A stretch of 54,142 nucleotides of DNA from NCBI GenBank assembly GCA_964355745.1, contig CAYHEN010000003.1, positions 1 to 54,142 of the forward strand. Direction: 5' to 3'. Origin of the DNA: Candidatus Woesearchaeota archaeon (GTDB taxonomy: Archaea > Nanobdellota > Nanobdellia > Pacearchaeales > GW2011-AR1). Each line of letters begins with the position of its first letter. The stretch's first letter is position 1. The notes beneath the pieces were generated by a model. The model made no database searches and was not told the origin of the DNA. It was given only the letters and a program-made list of their open reading frames with translations. Positions 33,679 to 43,810 of this stretch are shown one piece after another. A program made the translations under genes and the position numbers.

Positions 33679-34014
33679 TCAAATATCCATGCGCTGTTGA
33701 TTAAAATAAATTGAATAATAATTTCCATCGAATATCAAGTCAACTCTTTCAGAATTTGCGGAGTCTATAACTGGCTTTTTCTCATCTTCATTTTGTAAAT
33801 TCATCCCAAAATAAAGTTTATCTCCTGAAAAAAAAGGCATGATTAAATAGTCGAACTCTTGTCCGTTTTTTCTTTTAACGAATATATCCGCTGGAAATAT
33901 TTTACCAGCTCCATCTCTCTTGCATGAAAAATTAACATGCTTTGATAATCTTTCAATTTTACTCTCTATCTGTTTTAAATCCTCCCCTGAAGTAACCAAG
34001 TAATGAGTATTCAT
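33679..34014 (-). CDS. Hypothetical protein (112 aa)
   Basis: Trimmed to the internal ATG at 34012-34014. The longer track ORF overlaps the cca start and reads as low complexity. Confidence 0.4.
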   Translation of the reverse strand: MNTHYLVTSGEDLKQIESKIERLSKHVNFSCKRDGAGKIFPADIFVKRKNGQEFDYLIMPFFSGDKLYFGMNLQNEDEKKPVIDSANSERVDLIFDGNYYSIYFNQQRMDI

Positions 34015-34057
34015 TTTTCCATAATATTGAGATAATTTATAAATATTATTACATTTC

Positions 34058-35356
34058 TTGATATATATGGTTAAGAATGTTAATCCAGTTTTAAAAGAGG
34101 TTTTAGACAAGATAAATCCAACAAAAGAAGAATTAAATTCTATTGATAAATATCTAAAACAGTTTATATCACAATTTGAGAAAAAACTTAAATCAAGCAA
34201 GATAAGTGCAGAAATTTTTGTCGGCGGAAGTTTTGCAAAAAAAACCATGATAAGAAAAGGCGGGTATGATATAGATGTTTTTGTAAGATTTGACGAGAAA
34301 TATAAAAAACAGGATATTTCAAATCTGACTGAAAAAATTCTTAGAAGTTTTAAATCAGAGAATCTCATTTCTATCCACGGCTCGAGGAACTATTTTAAAA
34401 TAAATGTAAATTCCACTTTCTTTGTGGAAATTATTCCTGTGCTGAAAGTCAAGAATCCAAAACAGGCAGAAAATATAACTGATTTGTCTTATTTTCACGT
34501 GAATTATATAAAAAGAAAATTAAAAACAGAAAAAATGCTTGAAGATGTTAGATTGGCAAAGGCATTTTGTCACGCAAACAAGTGTTACGGAGCTGAATCT
34601 TATATAAGCGGATTTTCCGGATATGCACTTGAATTGTTAATTTATCATTACAAAGGATTTTTGAATTTTTTAATGGCAATGGAAAAGATAAAAGGAAAAG
34701 AGATAATTGACATTGAAAAACTTTACAAAAACAAATATGAAATTGCAATGAATATGAACAGCGCAAAGATGGGTTCTCCTATTGTACTGATTGACCCAAC
34801 TTACAAAGAGAGAAATGCTTTGGCTGCTCTTTCTCACGATACCTTTAAGAAGTTCCAGGAAGCATGCAGAAAATTCTTGAAAAACCCCTCGAAAGAAAGT
34901 TTTGAAATAAAAGAAATTGATTTGGGAAGAATAAAGAAAAATGCGGAAAAGAGTAATGCTGAATTTATTTTAATCAAAGCAGAAACAGAAAAGCAGGAAC
35001 CAGGTGTTGCAGGAAGCAAATTGTTAAAATTCTATAAGCACATCAGCGAAGAGGTAGAAAAATTCTACAAAATAAGCAATAAAGGCTTTGAATACAATGA
35101 GAAAAAAGAGGCAGAATTTTTCTTTGTCGTAAAGAAGAAACACGAAATAATTCAGCAAGGCCCAAATTCAAGAGATAGAGACAATGTATTTCTCTTTAGG
35201 AAGCATCACAGAAATACTTTTATGAAGAAGGAGAGAATTTATGCAAGAGATAAGTTTGATAAGAAGATTAAAGAATTTATTGAGGAATGGAAGTCAATAA
35301 ATTCAAGGAAAGTGAAAGAAATGCACATAAAGAATTTGGAAATTATAACCTTCTAA
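34058..35356 (+). CDS. cca: Archaeal class I CCA-adding tRNA nucleotidyltransferase
   Basis: 432 aa. Contains 'VGGSFAKKTMIRKGGYDIDVFV' (nucleotidyltransferase GS..DxD). Consistent with the tRNA in this window lacking an encoded CCA. Confidence 0.8.
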   Translation: MIYMVKNVNPVLKEVLDKINPTKEELNSIDKYLKQFISQFEKKLKSSKISAEIFVGGSFAKKTMIRKGGYDIDVFVRFDEKYKKQDISNLTEKILRSFKSENLISIHGSRNYFKINVNSTFFVEIIPVLKVKNPKQAENITDLSYFHVNYIKRKLKTEKMLEDVRLAKAFCHANKCYGAESYISGFSGYALELLIYHYKGFLNFLMAMEKIKGKEIIDIEKLYKNKYEIAMNMNSAKMGSPIVLIDPTYKERNALAALSHDTFKKFQEACRKFLKNPSKESFEIKEIDLGRIKKNAEKSNAEFILIKAETEKQEPGVAGSKLLKFYKHISEEVEKFYKISNKGFEYNEKKEAEFFFVVKKKHEIIQQGPNSRDRDNVFLFRKHHRNTFMKKERIYARDKFDKKIKEFIEEWKSINSRKVKEMHIKNLEIITF

Positions 35357-35417
35357 TCTTATTTCCTTTCTACTCTCCTGACTTCACTCAATAAATTTTT
35401 GAGGTTAGTTCGTGAAA

Positions 35418-36197
35418 TCACTTGCCAATTGCTTTTTCAAACAAAGAAGTAAGAGCTTCCACAAAAAAATCAGAATTGAGCCAGACAGCAATGTCCTCAT
35501 TTCCATTCCCGTCTCTTGAAATGTAAAACAAAACTTCTCTTCTGTCAATTATAAAGAATTTGGCATCAATTTCAATCCTCTTTACTTTAACTTGTAATTT
35601 GTCTTCTATTTCCTTGATTGTTCTTGTATCTCCTGACAAAGCAATTTTTATTTTTATGTCTCCTTTCTTAAGAATTTCCAAAGTTTGGGAGAATAATTTT
35701 GCTTTTGATTTTATTTCTTCTGCATTTGTGCAGATTATCACTTCTTTCTTGGCATTTTTTATTATTTCTTTCAGGAAATTTGAAATATTTGATTTTCCTC
35801 TCAATGATGCAGAAATATCCTCTCTCTTTACAGGATTTATTCCTTGTTTATATAGTTCTTCTAATTTCATGAATTCCTCTGTTTCTTTTATTTTAGACAA
35901 ATCACTCACTCTTTCTTCTGCGTTTTTTCTTATGTCTGTTTTTATTCTTTCAAGAATTATCTGCGGCTTAACTCCCAAATACTTCACAGGCTTTCCCATC
36001 CTTATTATTGCAAATCCCTTTTTTTCCAGACTTTCTAAAACATCATAGCTTCTGCTTCTTGGAACACGAGAAATAGCTGCAACTTCTCCAACAGAAGCAA
36101 CTCCTTTGCTTAATAAGGCAAGCCAAACTTTTGTTTCATAAAGATTCAAGTCGAAATGGTCTTTAATCCGATTAACTAATTCTTGTGCTAGAATCAT
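35418..36197 (-). CDS. TrmB-family transcriptional regulator
   Basis: 259 aa. N-terminal wHTH 'LYETKVWLALLSKGVASVGEVAAISRVPRSRSYDVLESLEKKGF'. Confidence 0.8.
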   Translation of the reverse strand: MILAQELVNRIKDHFDLNLYETKVWLALLSKGVASVGEVAAISRVPRSRSYDVLESLEKKGFAIIRMGKPVKYLGVKPQIILERIKTDIRKNAEERVSDLSKIKETEEFMKLEELYKQGINPVKREDISASLRGKSNISNFLKEIIKNAKKEVIICTNAEEIKSKAKLFSQTLEILKKGDIKIKIALSGDTRTIKEIEDKLQVKVKRIEIDAKFFIIDRREVLFYISRDGNGNEDIAVWLNSDFFVEALTSLFEKAIGK

Positions 36198-36199
36198 GT

Positions 36200-36727
36200 T
36201 TAAGAGGTTGGCTTTGGTTTAGTTGAATTGTCTCCTCTTTTTTTTTCTTTAAGTAATTCCTTTAAAGTTTCTGGGTCTTTCTCACTTAAAACATTAAGAT
36301 CTTCTCCTAAGTATGGCAATTCGCTAATTATTTCTCCTCTATAGTGCTTATTTGTTGCTGCTTTTGGTTTTCTTTTTTTTGGCTTATTTAATCTATCATA
36401 TCTTCTTACAAAAGACTCAATAATCATTGCACGTGCATCTCCTCTTTCATATTCTGGCAGGTTTTCTTCTCCATAACGACTCTCTCTAATAAGTCTTAAA
36501 ATATGTTCGTATCTTGATTTATCCTCTTCTAAATGCTCATAAACAAATCTAACAATTTTAGAGTATCTTCTCCTCCCTTCATCAGAAAGATTGATATTGC
36601 CTTCCCAGACAGAGAACAATAAGTCAAATACCCTTGTAATCTGTCTTCTAAAATCAGTTGTTACTGGGGATCTCTTAATTCTATTCAAAAGAGCGTCGTA
36701 TTCAATTAATTCTTCTTCTATTCCCAT
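36200..36727 (-). CDS. Hypothetical protein, co-transcribed with the TrmB-like gene
   Basis: 175 aa. 2-nt spacing to the downstream gene. No motif recognised. Confidence 0.45.
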   Translation of the reverse strand: MGIEEELIEYDALLNRIKRSPVTTDFRRQITRVFDLLFSVWEGNINLSDEGRRRYSKIVRFVYEHLEEDKSRYEHILRLIRESRYGEENLPEYERGDARAMIIESFVRRYDRLNKPKKRKPKAATNKHYRGEIISELPYLGEDLNVLSEKDPETLKELLKEKKRGDNSTKPKPTS

Positions 36728-36785
36728 AAAAAGCTATAGAAAGGATTGTTTATAAATCTTATGGTTTGTTACCTTCCAATAGTAA

Positions 36786-37721
36786 CTACAAAAGGATATA
36801 ACTCAAAATCATGCCAACAAACATCCCTGCTGTTATAAAAGGCATTGCTGGATAGAACTTCTTCTTCTCTGAGAACATCAACAACAAAGCCAAGCCAAGA
36901 GTAGCTCCTGCTATAACAAAGATTGCAGAAGTAAACCCCAAAGTCTTCAGCATAACGCCTGCTGTAATTATTGGAAAGATTACATCTCCTCCCCCCAAAA
37001 TAGCAATATTTACCTTAACTTTCTTCTTTTTCAGCTTTTTGTTTTTTCTTAATTTCTGCAATTGTTTTCTCATTTTCTTTGATACATAAGGAACAAAAAA
37101 TCCTGAAAACACTTTCAGTTTGTTTATCTGATATTTAGCCATCTTCTGCATTATTCCAGAATGCCATACAGCCCAGATATCGTAAGCAGAAATTATAAGC
37201 AATAGGACAATTATAGACCAAAAATTCAAAATTGGAACAAAAATTGTTGCTATTCCTGGATAGATTAATAATTCTGTCACATTATGAACAAGAAAACTTC
37301 TTTTGAATATTTTCAAAAAGCTCAGAGTGAGAGCTAAAACTATCGCTGGAATTAAGAAATAAACAGAGTTTATGTATCTTGGGAAAAATGCATTAAAGGT
37401 TATGAATAACGCTATTGCAACAACAACAAAAAACCAAACTCTAAGTATGATATCGATCTTGAATTTTGTCAGAAGAAACAAAATAAAAATTGCTAATATA
37501 AATGCAAAGATTATAGAAACCAAATATTGTGTGAAATCAGATTCTCTTATAATTTCAGGGGGTTCAATTGCAGACAAAATAGGATTTGTCACAGTTTCAT
37601 TTACTCCACCAACTTCTACTGTTCTGTGGAATATATCTGAATCTATGACATACAATCCAATAAATTGTGTCAGAACAAACATTGACAAAAGCAGGATTGT
37701 AATTTTAATGTTGTGCTTCAT
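36786..37721 (-). CDS. Presenilin/signal-peptide-peptidase-like intramembrane aspartyl protease (A22 family)
   Basis: 311 aa, polytopic. Has 'YD' ('ISAYDIWAV'), 'GGGD' ('AILGGGDVIFP') and a PAL-like 'YPAMPFI', in the canonical order. Confidence 0.75.
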   Translation of the reverse strand: MKHNIKITILLLSMFVLTQFIGLYVIDSDIFHRTVEVGGVNETVTNPILSAIEPPEIIRESDFTQYLVSIIFAFILAIFILFLLTKFKIDIILRVWFFVVVAIALFITFNAFFPRYINSVYFLIPAIVLALTLSFLKIFKRSFLVHNVTELLIYPGIATIFVPILNFWSIIVLLLIISAYDIWAVWHSGIMQKMAKYQINKLKVFSGFFVPYVSKKMRKQLQKLRKNKKLKKKKVKVNIAILGGGDVIFPIITAGVMLKTLGFTSAIFVIAGATLGLALLLMFSEKKKFYPAMPFITAGMFVGMILSYILL

Positions 37722-37772
37722 TTTATCACCTTACTATAACAAAGAAAAATTAGTTTTTAAATGTTTAAAGAA

Positions 37773-38585
37773 TTAAGGTTTCATCTTCCATAGCCTATCA
37801 TCACCACTCCACTTACATATAGCAGCGATATTATAATAACCCCAAGGATTCCAAAAATCACGATAATCATTATACCAAGTTCCTTGATAGAAATTATTTG
37901 GATTATAACATGCATAATTAGTAATATATTTATATTTTCCAAAAGGACAACTTCCACAACCAGTGCCACTCCATCCAACACAATGTCCTTGTCCATCACA
38001 AGAATGCCAATCATCGCCAGCACAACTTGTTGCTTTTGACTTATAGGAAGCTCCTAAACATGAACCATCGCATTGAGTAATTCCGAGATTAACACAAGAA
38101 GCATCTGTTCCAGAAGGAAAACAAGACTGTCCGAAATTAGAAACACAAACAAAAATATGAGAAAGCCTACCCTGATTAATCGCATTTTGGAGATTCATAA
38201 TTCCTCCAGTTGTACTAACATTTATACTTTCTGCATATTCCCCACCAGCAGGAAGAATTGTTGTATAAGATTGCGTTGCTCCCAAACGAAAGACACCATT
38301 ATCAATAGCTTCTTGAAGAGTCATTTTATAATTATCTTTAGTAATAAGAACTTGATTTGCTAAATGATAAGGAGTAGTTATTGGAAGAGAGTCATAAGAG
38401 GAAATTGAGCCAAGAGAACTACTATCAATCGCCCTTTGTAGAGTTACATATTTTCCAGAAAGTTGAATATAAACCTGCTCACTATTATGTCCAGGATTTA
38501 TAGCAGTAACTGCTGCAAAAATTTCTGATGACAGAAATGCTAATAAAAACATTAAAAGAATAAATCTCCCAACCCTCTTTTTCAT
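37773..38585 (-). CDS. Secreted repeat protein with a Cys/Trp/Tyr-rich C-terminal domain
   Basis: 270 aa with a signal peptide. Three 'xxLQxAI(D/N)xG' repeats, followed by a Cys-rich tail. Confidence 0.65.
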   Translation of the reverse strand: MKKRVGRFILLMFLLAFLSSEIFAAVTAINPGHNSEQVYIQLSGKYVTLQRAIDSSSLGSISSYDSLPITTPYHLANQVLITKDNYKMTLQEAIDNGVFRLGATQSYTTILPAGGEYAESINVSTTGGIMNLQNAINQGRLSHIFVCVSNFGQSCFPSGTDASCVNLGITQCDGSCLGASYKSKATSCAGDDWHSCDGQGHCVGWSGTGCGSCPFGKYKYITNYACYNPNNFYQGTWYNDYRDFWNPWGYYNIAAICKWSGDDRLWKMKP

Positions 38586-38619
38586 AATTTAATAAAGATT
38601 AGACATTTTTTAAAACTTC

Positions 38620-40503
38620 TTATCTAAGCCTCAATGTTTCCAGAATTCTCGGAACATTTGTCTCAACATGATTAAGCTTGTACAAAGCAGAAGCCAAATC
38701 CAAACATTTTGAAACCTCACCATGTTGAATGATTATTCTTTTTGGTTTTGGGCGTATGTTATTGAAAAAAGAAAGAAGTTCATTTCTGCCTGCGTGAGCG
38801 CTAAAGCCAGTTATTGTTTCAACTTCCAATTCAACTTTGATTATCTCTTCTCTTCCTTCCACTATCATTTTAGTTTCCTTTATTCCTTCCTGCACTTGTC
38901 TTCCCAAACTTCCTGCCCCCTGATAACAAACAAATATTATGGAATTATTTTTGTTGCTTGCAAATTCCCTGAAATATTCTACGCTAGCTCCCCCAACCAA
39001 CATTCCTGATGTAGCAAGAACAATGCACGGACCGCCTTCAATTACATTTCTTCTTTCTTGTGGCGAACCGACTCTTGAGAAAAATTCAGAAATAAACGGA
39101 TTCTTGTCCTGAAAAATGTCTGTTCTCACTTTGCTTCCCAAAAAGTCTGGGTAAGCAGTATGGATAGCATTGATATCCCAAATCATTCCATCAATGTATA
39201 TTGGAACTTTTTTTATTCTTCCAGTAGCCATTGCATCTTCCAAAACAAGCATTGTTTCCTGCGCTCTTCCTAGTCCAAGTTCTGGAATTAAAATTTTGCC
39301 GTTTCTTTCAATTGTCTTATTTACCAAATCTATCAGCTTGTCTTCTGTATCTTTTCTTGGAGGGAATACATCTGTTTTTGCCCCATAAGTTGATTCTGTT
39401 ATAACTGTCTCTGCTCTTGGAAAGCTTGCAACAGCCGGATCAAGAAGCCTTGAGCGGCTATATTTGAAATCTCCTGCATAGATAAGATTGTGCAAACCAT
39501 TTCCAATATTAAGATGACACAATCCTCCTCCCAATACGTGTCCGGAATTGTAAAATGTAAGCCGTATGTCAGGAGTTACATCTGTAACCTCGTTGTAATT
39601 CAAACAAATGCTGTGCTTAACCATTTCCTTTATATCTGTCGAATCAAAAAGAGGTTTTGTTGCCTGCTTATAAGCTACCCCAATAAAATCCAGGGCAAGC
39701 AAAGCTGCAATATCCCTTGTAGGCGGAGTCATGTATACAGGTCCACGATAACCCATCTTGTACAGATAAGGAAGCAACCCTACATGGTCGAGGTGTGCAT
39801 GAGAAATTATTATCGCATCTAACTGATTCAAATCAAATTCAGGGATGTCCATATAAGGAAATTTGTCTACTCCTTGCGAAGCAACATCTATACCACAATC
39901 GAGAAGTATCTTTGAAACAGGAGTCTGAAGAAGAAAACAACTTCTTCCAACCTGTCTTGCTCCTCCCAAAAATGTCAGCCTAACCCATTCGTCAACTTTT
40001 TCAGGATTCCATTCCTTGTAAATTTTCTTTCCTATTAAATTCAGGAATTTTCTTCTGTAATTGTTGTTAGCATAAAGAACCTCTCTTATGCTGTCGGTGA
40101 TTTTGCTTTTTATAGCCGGAGAACGTTGCACTTGTGAACTCCACATTGTTGTTTTTCTTACTTCATCCAAAATGCTCCCTTGTTTTCCTATAACCATTCC
40201 TGGTTTTTTCGCTTCTATTATAACGATGCTTCTCTGAACATCAAAGATTATTTCTGTAATTTCTGCTTCTTGTGGAACAATTTTTCTTATTTCTGCTTCT
40301 GTTTTTCCCTGCTCCATCAAAATTTTCTCATCTGCTCTTAACTCAATTCTTTTTTTGATTTGGTCCACAATTCCTTTTATCTTTGCTTCTCCTTCTTTGA
40401 AAAATTTGGCGTTATCTGTATAAAGAACAATATTTGCCCCTTCAAAAGTCGCGTCAGTTATACTTTCGTGTAACTGGTCTGTTATCTGTTTTAGAATGTC
40501 CAT
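38620..40503 (-). CDS. aCPSF1-type KH-domain beta-CASP ribonuclease (archaeal transcription-termination/RNA-processing factor)
   Basis: 627 aa. N-terminal KH region, 'LGGARQVGRSCFLLQT' and 'ISHAHLDHVG', then beta-CASP. Confidence 0.9.
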   Translation of the reverse strand: MDILKQITDQLHESITDATFEGANIVLYTDNAKFFKEGEAKIKGIVDQIKKRIELRADEKILMEQGKTEAEIRKIVPQEAEITEIIFDVQRSIVIIEAKKPGMVIGKQGSILDEVRKTTMWSSQVQRSPAIKSKITDSIREVLYANNNYRRKFLNLIGKKIYKEWNPEKVDEWVRLTFLGGARQVGRSCFLLQTPVSKILLDCGIDVASQGVDKFPYMDIPEFDLNQLDAIIISHAHLDHVGLLPYLYKMGYRGPVYMTPPTRDIAALLALDFIGVAYKQATKPLFDSTDIKEMVKHSICLNYNEVTDVTPDIRLTFYNSGHVLGGGLCHLNIGNGLHNLIYAGDFKYSRSRLLDPAVASFPRAETVITESTYGAKTDVFPPRKDTEDKLIDLVNKTIERNGKILIPELGLGRAQETMLVLEDAMATGRIKKVPIYIDGMIWDINAIHTAYPDFLGSKVRTDIFQDKNPFISEFFSRVGSPQERRNVIEGGPCIVLATSGMLVGGASVEYFREFASNKNNSIIFVCYQGAGSLGRQVQEGIKETKMIVEGREEIIKVELEVETITGFSAHAGRNELLSFFNNIRPKPKRIIIQHGEVSKCLDLASALYKLNHVETNVPRILETLRLR

Positions 40504-40536
40504 TTGTCTCTTTGTCGTTTTTGAGTAAAAATAAAA

Positions 40537-41196
40537 TTAATCCTCTTTGTAATTAGGTTGAATCTCCTGTGATACCACCTTTTTTAATCCATCTTTTGTG
40601 ATAGAATATACATCAATTCCAAAACCGCTCGCTATATCCCTTTGAGTTGAACTCTTTATCGCTTCTACTGCCAATTTTATTCCTTCTTCAACGCTCATTC
40701 CTTTTTTATATTGCCTCTCTAATAAACCCAACATATAGGACATTCCACTTCCAAAATTTGCATTATAATCTTCTACTTGAAATATACTTCCAGCAGGGTC
40801 AATAGTGTAAAGTTCAAACGTTCCATCTTCATTAAACCCTGCAATCAGAGCCCCCATTTCATCAGGAATCATTGAAGGCTGTCTTATCGTTGAATAAATT
40901 ATTGATGCAAGTAAATTTGCGGCTTCTTTCACTGAGGGACGTGATTTAGAACGAAGCTCTTTTAATTTTAATTCTGCTGGAAGAATCTTTTTTATTCTGT
41001 CTGACGCAGCAGCCAGGCCACATGCGGAAAAAACTAAATAATCGTTTAATTTAACTACTTTTTCTTTATCTTTATGCACAACAACAGTACCTGCTGTGGT
41101 CTGTCTATCTGCAGCCATTACAATTCCATTTTTACAGACAACACCCAATATACTTGTCCCTGTTTTCAAGATTTGATTTTTTAATTCGCTGTCCAT
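40537..41196 (-). CDS. psmB: Proteasome beta subunit
   Basis: 219 aa. Propeptide followed by 'TGTSILGVVCKNGIVMAADRQ'. Confidence 0.9.
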   Translation of the reverse strand: MDSELKNQILKTGTSILGVVCKNGIVMAADRQTTAGTVVVHKDKEKVVKLNDYLVFSACGLAAASDRIKKILPAELKLKELRSKSRPSVKEAANLLASIIYSTIRQPSMIPDEMGALIAGFNEDGTFELYTIDPAGSIFQVEDYNANFGSGMSYMLGLLERQYKKGMSVEEGIKLAVEAIKSSTQRDIASGFGIDVYSITKDGLKKVVSQEIQPNYKED

Positions 41197-41254
41197 ATTA
41201 ACGTTATAGAATAATCTCTAGATGTTTTTTAACAGTAAGCAGGCTTTATAAATT

Positions 41255-41602
41255 TTATGTATGATAATTTTTATCTTGTATTCCGAAATATTTCTTAATC
41301 TTATCATTCAACGCCCGTGATTTTAGCAATTCATATAGAGAAAGAAGAGATGCAAGCGCTATCCCTTTCAGTTTGGGAGGGAATCTTCCAACAATACCTG
41401 AAGCATATTCTATCACTTCTGGATTTTCTTCTCCAATTTCATCAACCCACTCAACTAATATTGAATCTGGACATTCTCTAATCTCTACTTCTACTTCAAG
41501 GCTTTTTGAAAAAGCAGTCCTGGTTTCTTCTGTAAGCACAGGAATTCCTTCTTTTGTTTTGGTATGTCTATTGTTATGCAAGATTTCTGACAAGTCCATC
41601 AC
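41255..41602 (-). CDS. Hypothetical protein
   Basis: 115-aa ORF. No motif recognised. Confidence 0.4.
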   Translation of the reverse strand: MMDLSEILHNNRHTKTKEGIPVLTEETRTAFSKSLEVEVEIRECPDSILVEWVDEIGEENPEVIEYASGIVGRFPPKLKGIALASLLSLYELLKSRALNDKIKKYFGIQDKNYHT

Positions 41603-41631
41603 ACATCAAATAACATGAAATATTTAAGTTT

Positions 41632-43692
41632 TTATATAGAAGTATTATTTTCGACATTCGTGATTCCGGAATTTTTCTTGAACTTGATGACATTTTCCAC
41701 AAAAGTTTCCATTTTTTGCTCGTGAGAAACAATGATTAATTGCTTAACATTTAGCTGCTGTAATACGTCACGCATCTTGTCTAACTGCTGTTCGCTGAAC
41801 CCATCTGTCGGCTCATCTAAGATAACCAAATCTCTTGTTTTTATTTTGCTCAACAGAGAATTAATAACCTGATTCAAAGCAAGACGATATGCCAAAGCAA
41901 TTGCTGTTCTTTCTCCTCCTGAAAGGTATGCATAATCTAATTCATAATCCTGCTGTTCTATTACTGGTGTGAAATCATCGCTGAGCTTTACATTGAAATT
42001 ATCAGAGACAAGCATGTAAAACCATTCTGCAAATAACTTAGAGAATTCTGTTTTAAGCTTGATCATAACATTTTTTTCAATAAAAGAAATCAAAGAGACA
42101 AATTGTTTTGAAAGCCAGTTTTCAAGTTCTGTGATATATGCTAATTGCAGTTTTATTTTTTCTGTCCTCTCTATTTCTGCCTTTAATTCTTCTATTTGCA
42201 TAGAAAAAACCTCTATTTCTTTTTTTAATTCAGCTACTTTTATGTCAGCAAGTCTTTCCTGCCTTAAGGCTTCGTCCAATTCCTTTTGTTTTGTTTCAAG
42301 GATATTCACGAATCTCGTCAGGCTAAGAACAGAGGTTGTAAGTAAATTCATATGTTGTTTCAACAATTCCACATCTTTTGCAAGAGAAATATTGGATTTT
42401 TCTATCTGTTCTATTTGTGTCTGTTTTTCTTTTACGTCTTGGAGTTTCATCTTAAGAATTTTTAAATCAGTTAACTCCCCCTCACCAGAGTTTATTTCCA
42501 ATTCAATTCGAGTTATCTTGGATTCTGCTTCTTTTTTCTGCTGTTCTAATTCTCTTAATTCCTTTTTGCCCTCAACATCATCGCTATGTATCTTGTTAAG
42601 AACATTTGCCTTGTAAACTGCATCTACATTCTGCAAACAGGTAGGGCATATTTCCAAATTTGAAATCTTTTTTTCTATTTTTTGGTTCTCTTCGTTCTTT
42701 AAAAGAATGGAATTTATCCTTGAACTTATTTCCAGATTAATCTTGTTTAATTTTTCCTTTTCAATTTTATTTATGGAAATGGATTGTTCCAGTTGCTTTA
42801 ATTTATTCTCATCGAATTTTATTTTTTGAAGTTCTGCAATCTGTTTTTTTAATTGTTCTATTGTTTTAGTGTTGTTGAAAATTGTCTCGTTCTTATTCAT
42901 AATCATAATCTTTGTTTTTTCAGTTTCGCTCTGAAGTTTAATTCTTTCCTCTATCTTTTTTGAAACTTCTTCTTTTTCCACCTGAATTTTTTTTCTTATT
43001 TCTGTCTTCTCAAGAAGCTCTTTTTCGATGGAAAAAACATTCTGCTGTTTTGCTTCAAGTTCGCTTTCTTTTGAAATAAGATTAAATTTATTTTGCTCCA
43101 AGTTGGCAGTCATACCTTCTTTCAGTCTTTTTTCTTCTCTTAATTTTGTCGTTAAGATAGACACATTTTCAAGAACTCTTTTGTATTTGTCTATACCAAA
43201 GACATGTCTTAGAGTGTTAATCCTCGTTTCAGAATCTTCCAAGATTATCTGTTTCATTTCTTCCTGCGGGGTGTAAACTGTGAATGTATACAAAATATTC
43301 TGCTTCTTTGCAAACTCAGAGGGGTAATTCAAAAGCTCGAGAATTTTTCCCTTTAATTCTGTCACAGACAATTCCCTTCTCTCGTTGTTTATTATAATTG
43401 AACAATAATCTTGGGAAATTGTTTTCCCTTTTTTCAATGTTCTTTCTATTATTATCTCGTCATTATCTATTTCAAAAACCATTTTTACTTTCCCTTCTTT
43501 TTTTCCGTTTCTTAATAACGCTAAGCCCCTTTGTCCTGGCTGCAGTCCAAAAAGTGCAAATTCTATTGCAAGAAGAACACTCGTTTTCCCTGAACCTATA
43601 TCTCCTGACAGCAAAGTGGAGCCTTCTGGGAAATTTATTTCTTGATGTTCATAGCTCCTTATGTTATCGAGGATTATTTGTTTGATTTTCAT
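41632..43692 (-). CDS. rad50: Rad50 ATPase (short coiled coil)
   Basis: 686 aa. Walker A 'GDIGSGKTS', zinc hook 'CPTC', signature 'LSGGERTAIAL', Walker B 'LVILDEPT'. Confidence 0.9.
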   Translation of the reverse strand: MKIKQIILDNIRSYEHQEINFPEGSTLLSGDIGSGKTSVLLAIEFALFGLQPGQRGLALLRNGKKEGKVKMVFEIDNDEIIIERTLKKGKTISQDYCSIIINNERRELSVTELKGKILELLNYPSEFAKKQNILYTFTVYTPQEEMKQIILEDSETRINTLRHVFGIDKYKRVLENVSILTTKLREEKRLKEGMTANLEQNKFNLISKESELEAKQQNVFSIEKELLEKTEIRKKIQVEKEEVSKKIEERIKLQSETEKTKIMIMNKNETIFNNTKTIEQLKKQIAELQKIKFDENKLKQLEQSISINKIEKEKLNKINLEISSRINSILLKNEENQKIEKKISNLEICPTCLQNVDAVYKANVLNKIHSDDVEGKKELRELEQQKKEAESKITRIELEINSGEGELTDLKILKMKLQDVKEKQTQIEQIEKSNISLAKDVELLKQHMNLLTTSVLSLTRFVNILETKQKELDEALRQERLADIKVAELKKEIEVFSMQIEELKAEIERTEKIKLQLAYITELENWLSKQFVSLISFIEKNVMIKLKTEFSKLFAEWFYMLVSDNFNVKLSDDFTPVIEQQDYELDYAYLSGGERTAIALAYRLALNQVINSLLSKIKTRDLVILDEPTDGFSEQQLDKMRDVLQQLNVKQLIIVSHEQKMETFVENVIKFKKNSGITNVENNTSI

Positions 43693-43810
43693 TTTAAAGA
43701 CCTACAGTTTTTATACCCCCCGACCTCACTCGTTTTGGATTATAAATCCTCGTAAAATCACTCGCCCTCAAACGATTTTCTCTATTTGCCTCTGATGAAA
43801 ATCTTCCCAT

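Noticed and set aside
34015-34368. Upstream 118 codons of the 229-aa minus-strand ORF
   Set aside because: It overlaps the 5' end of the cca gene and is Phe/Ser/Leu-rich low complexity. The ORF was trimmed to the ATG at 34014.
42059-42616. Long antisense ORFs inside confidently called genes. Examples: 42059-42616 and 43028-43685 in rad50, 35560-36048 in the TrmB gene, 45137-45658 in OFOR-alpha, 32838-33170, 10263-10733, 20219-20899, 24404-25219, 7303-7693
   Set aside because: They lie opposite genes with strong family motifs, and their translations are low complexity (Ser/Phe/Leu/Ile-rich). These are typical shadow ORFs in AT-rich DNA.
43693-43810. 38-codon ORF in the mre11-rad50 spacer, and a 'ctgatga' C-box-like string
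   Set aside because: The ORF is tiny and unsupported. No matching D box (CTGA) at an appropriate distance was found for a C/D sRNA.
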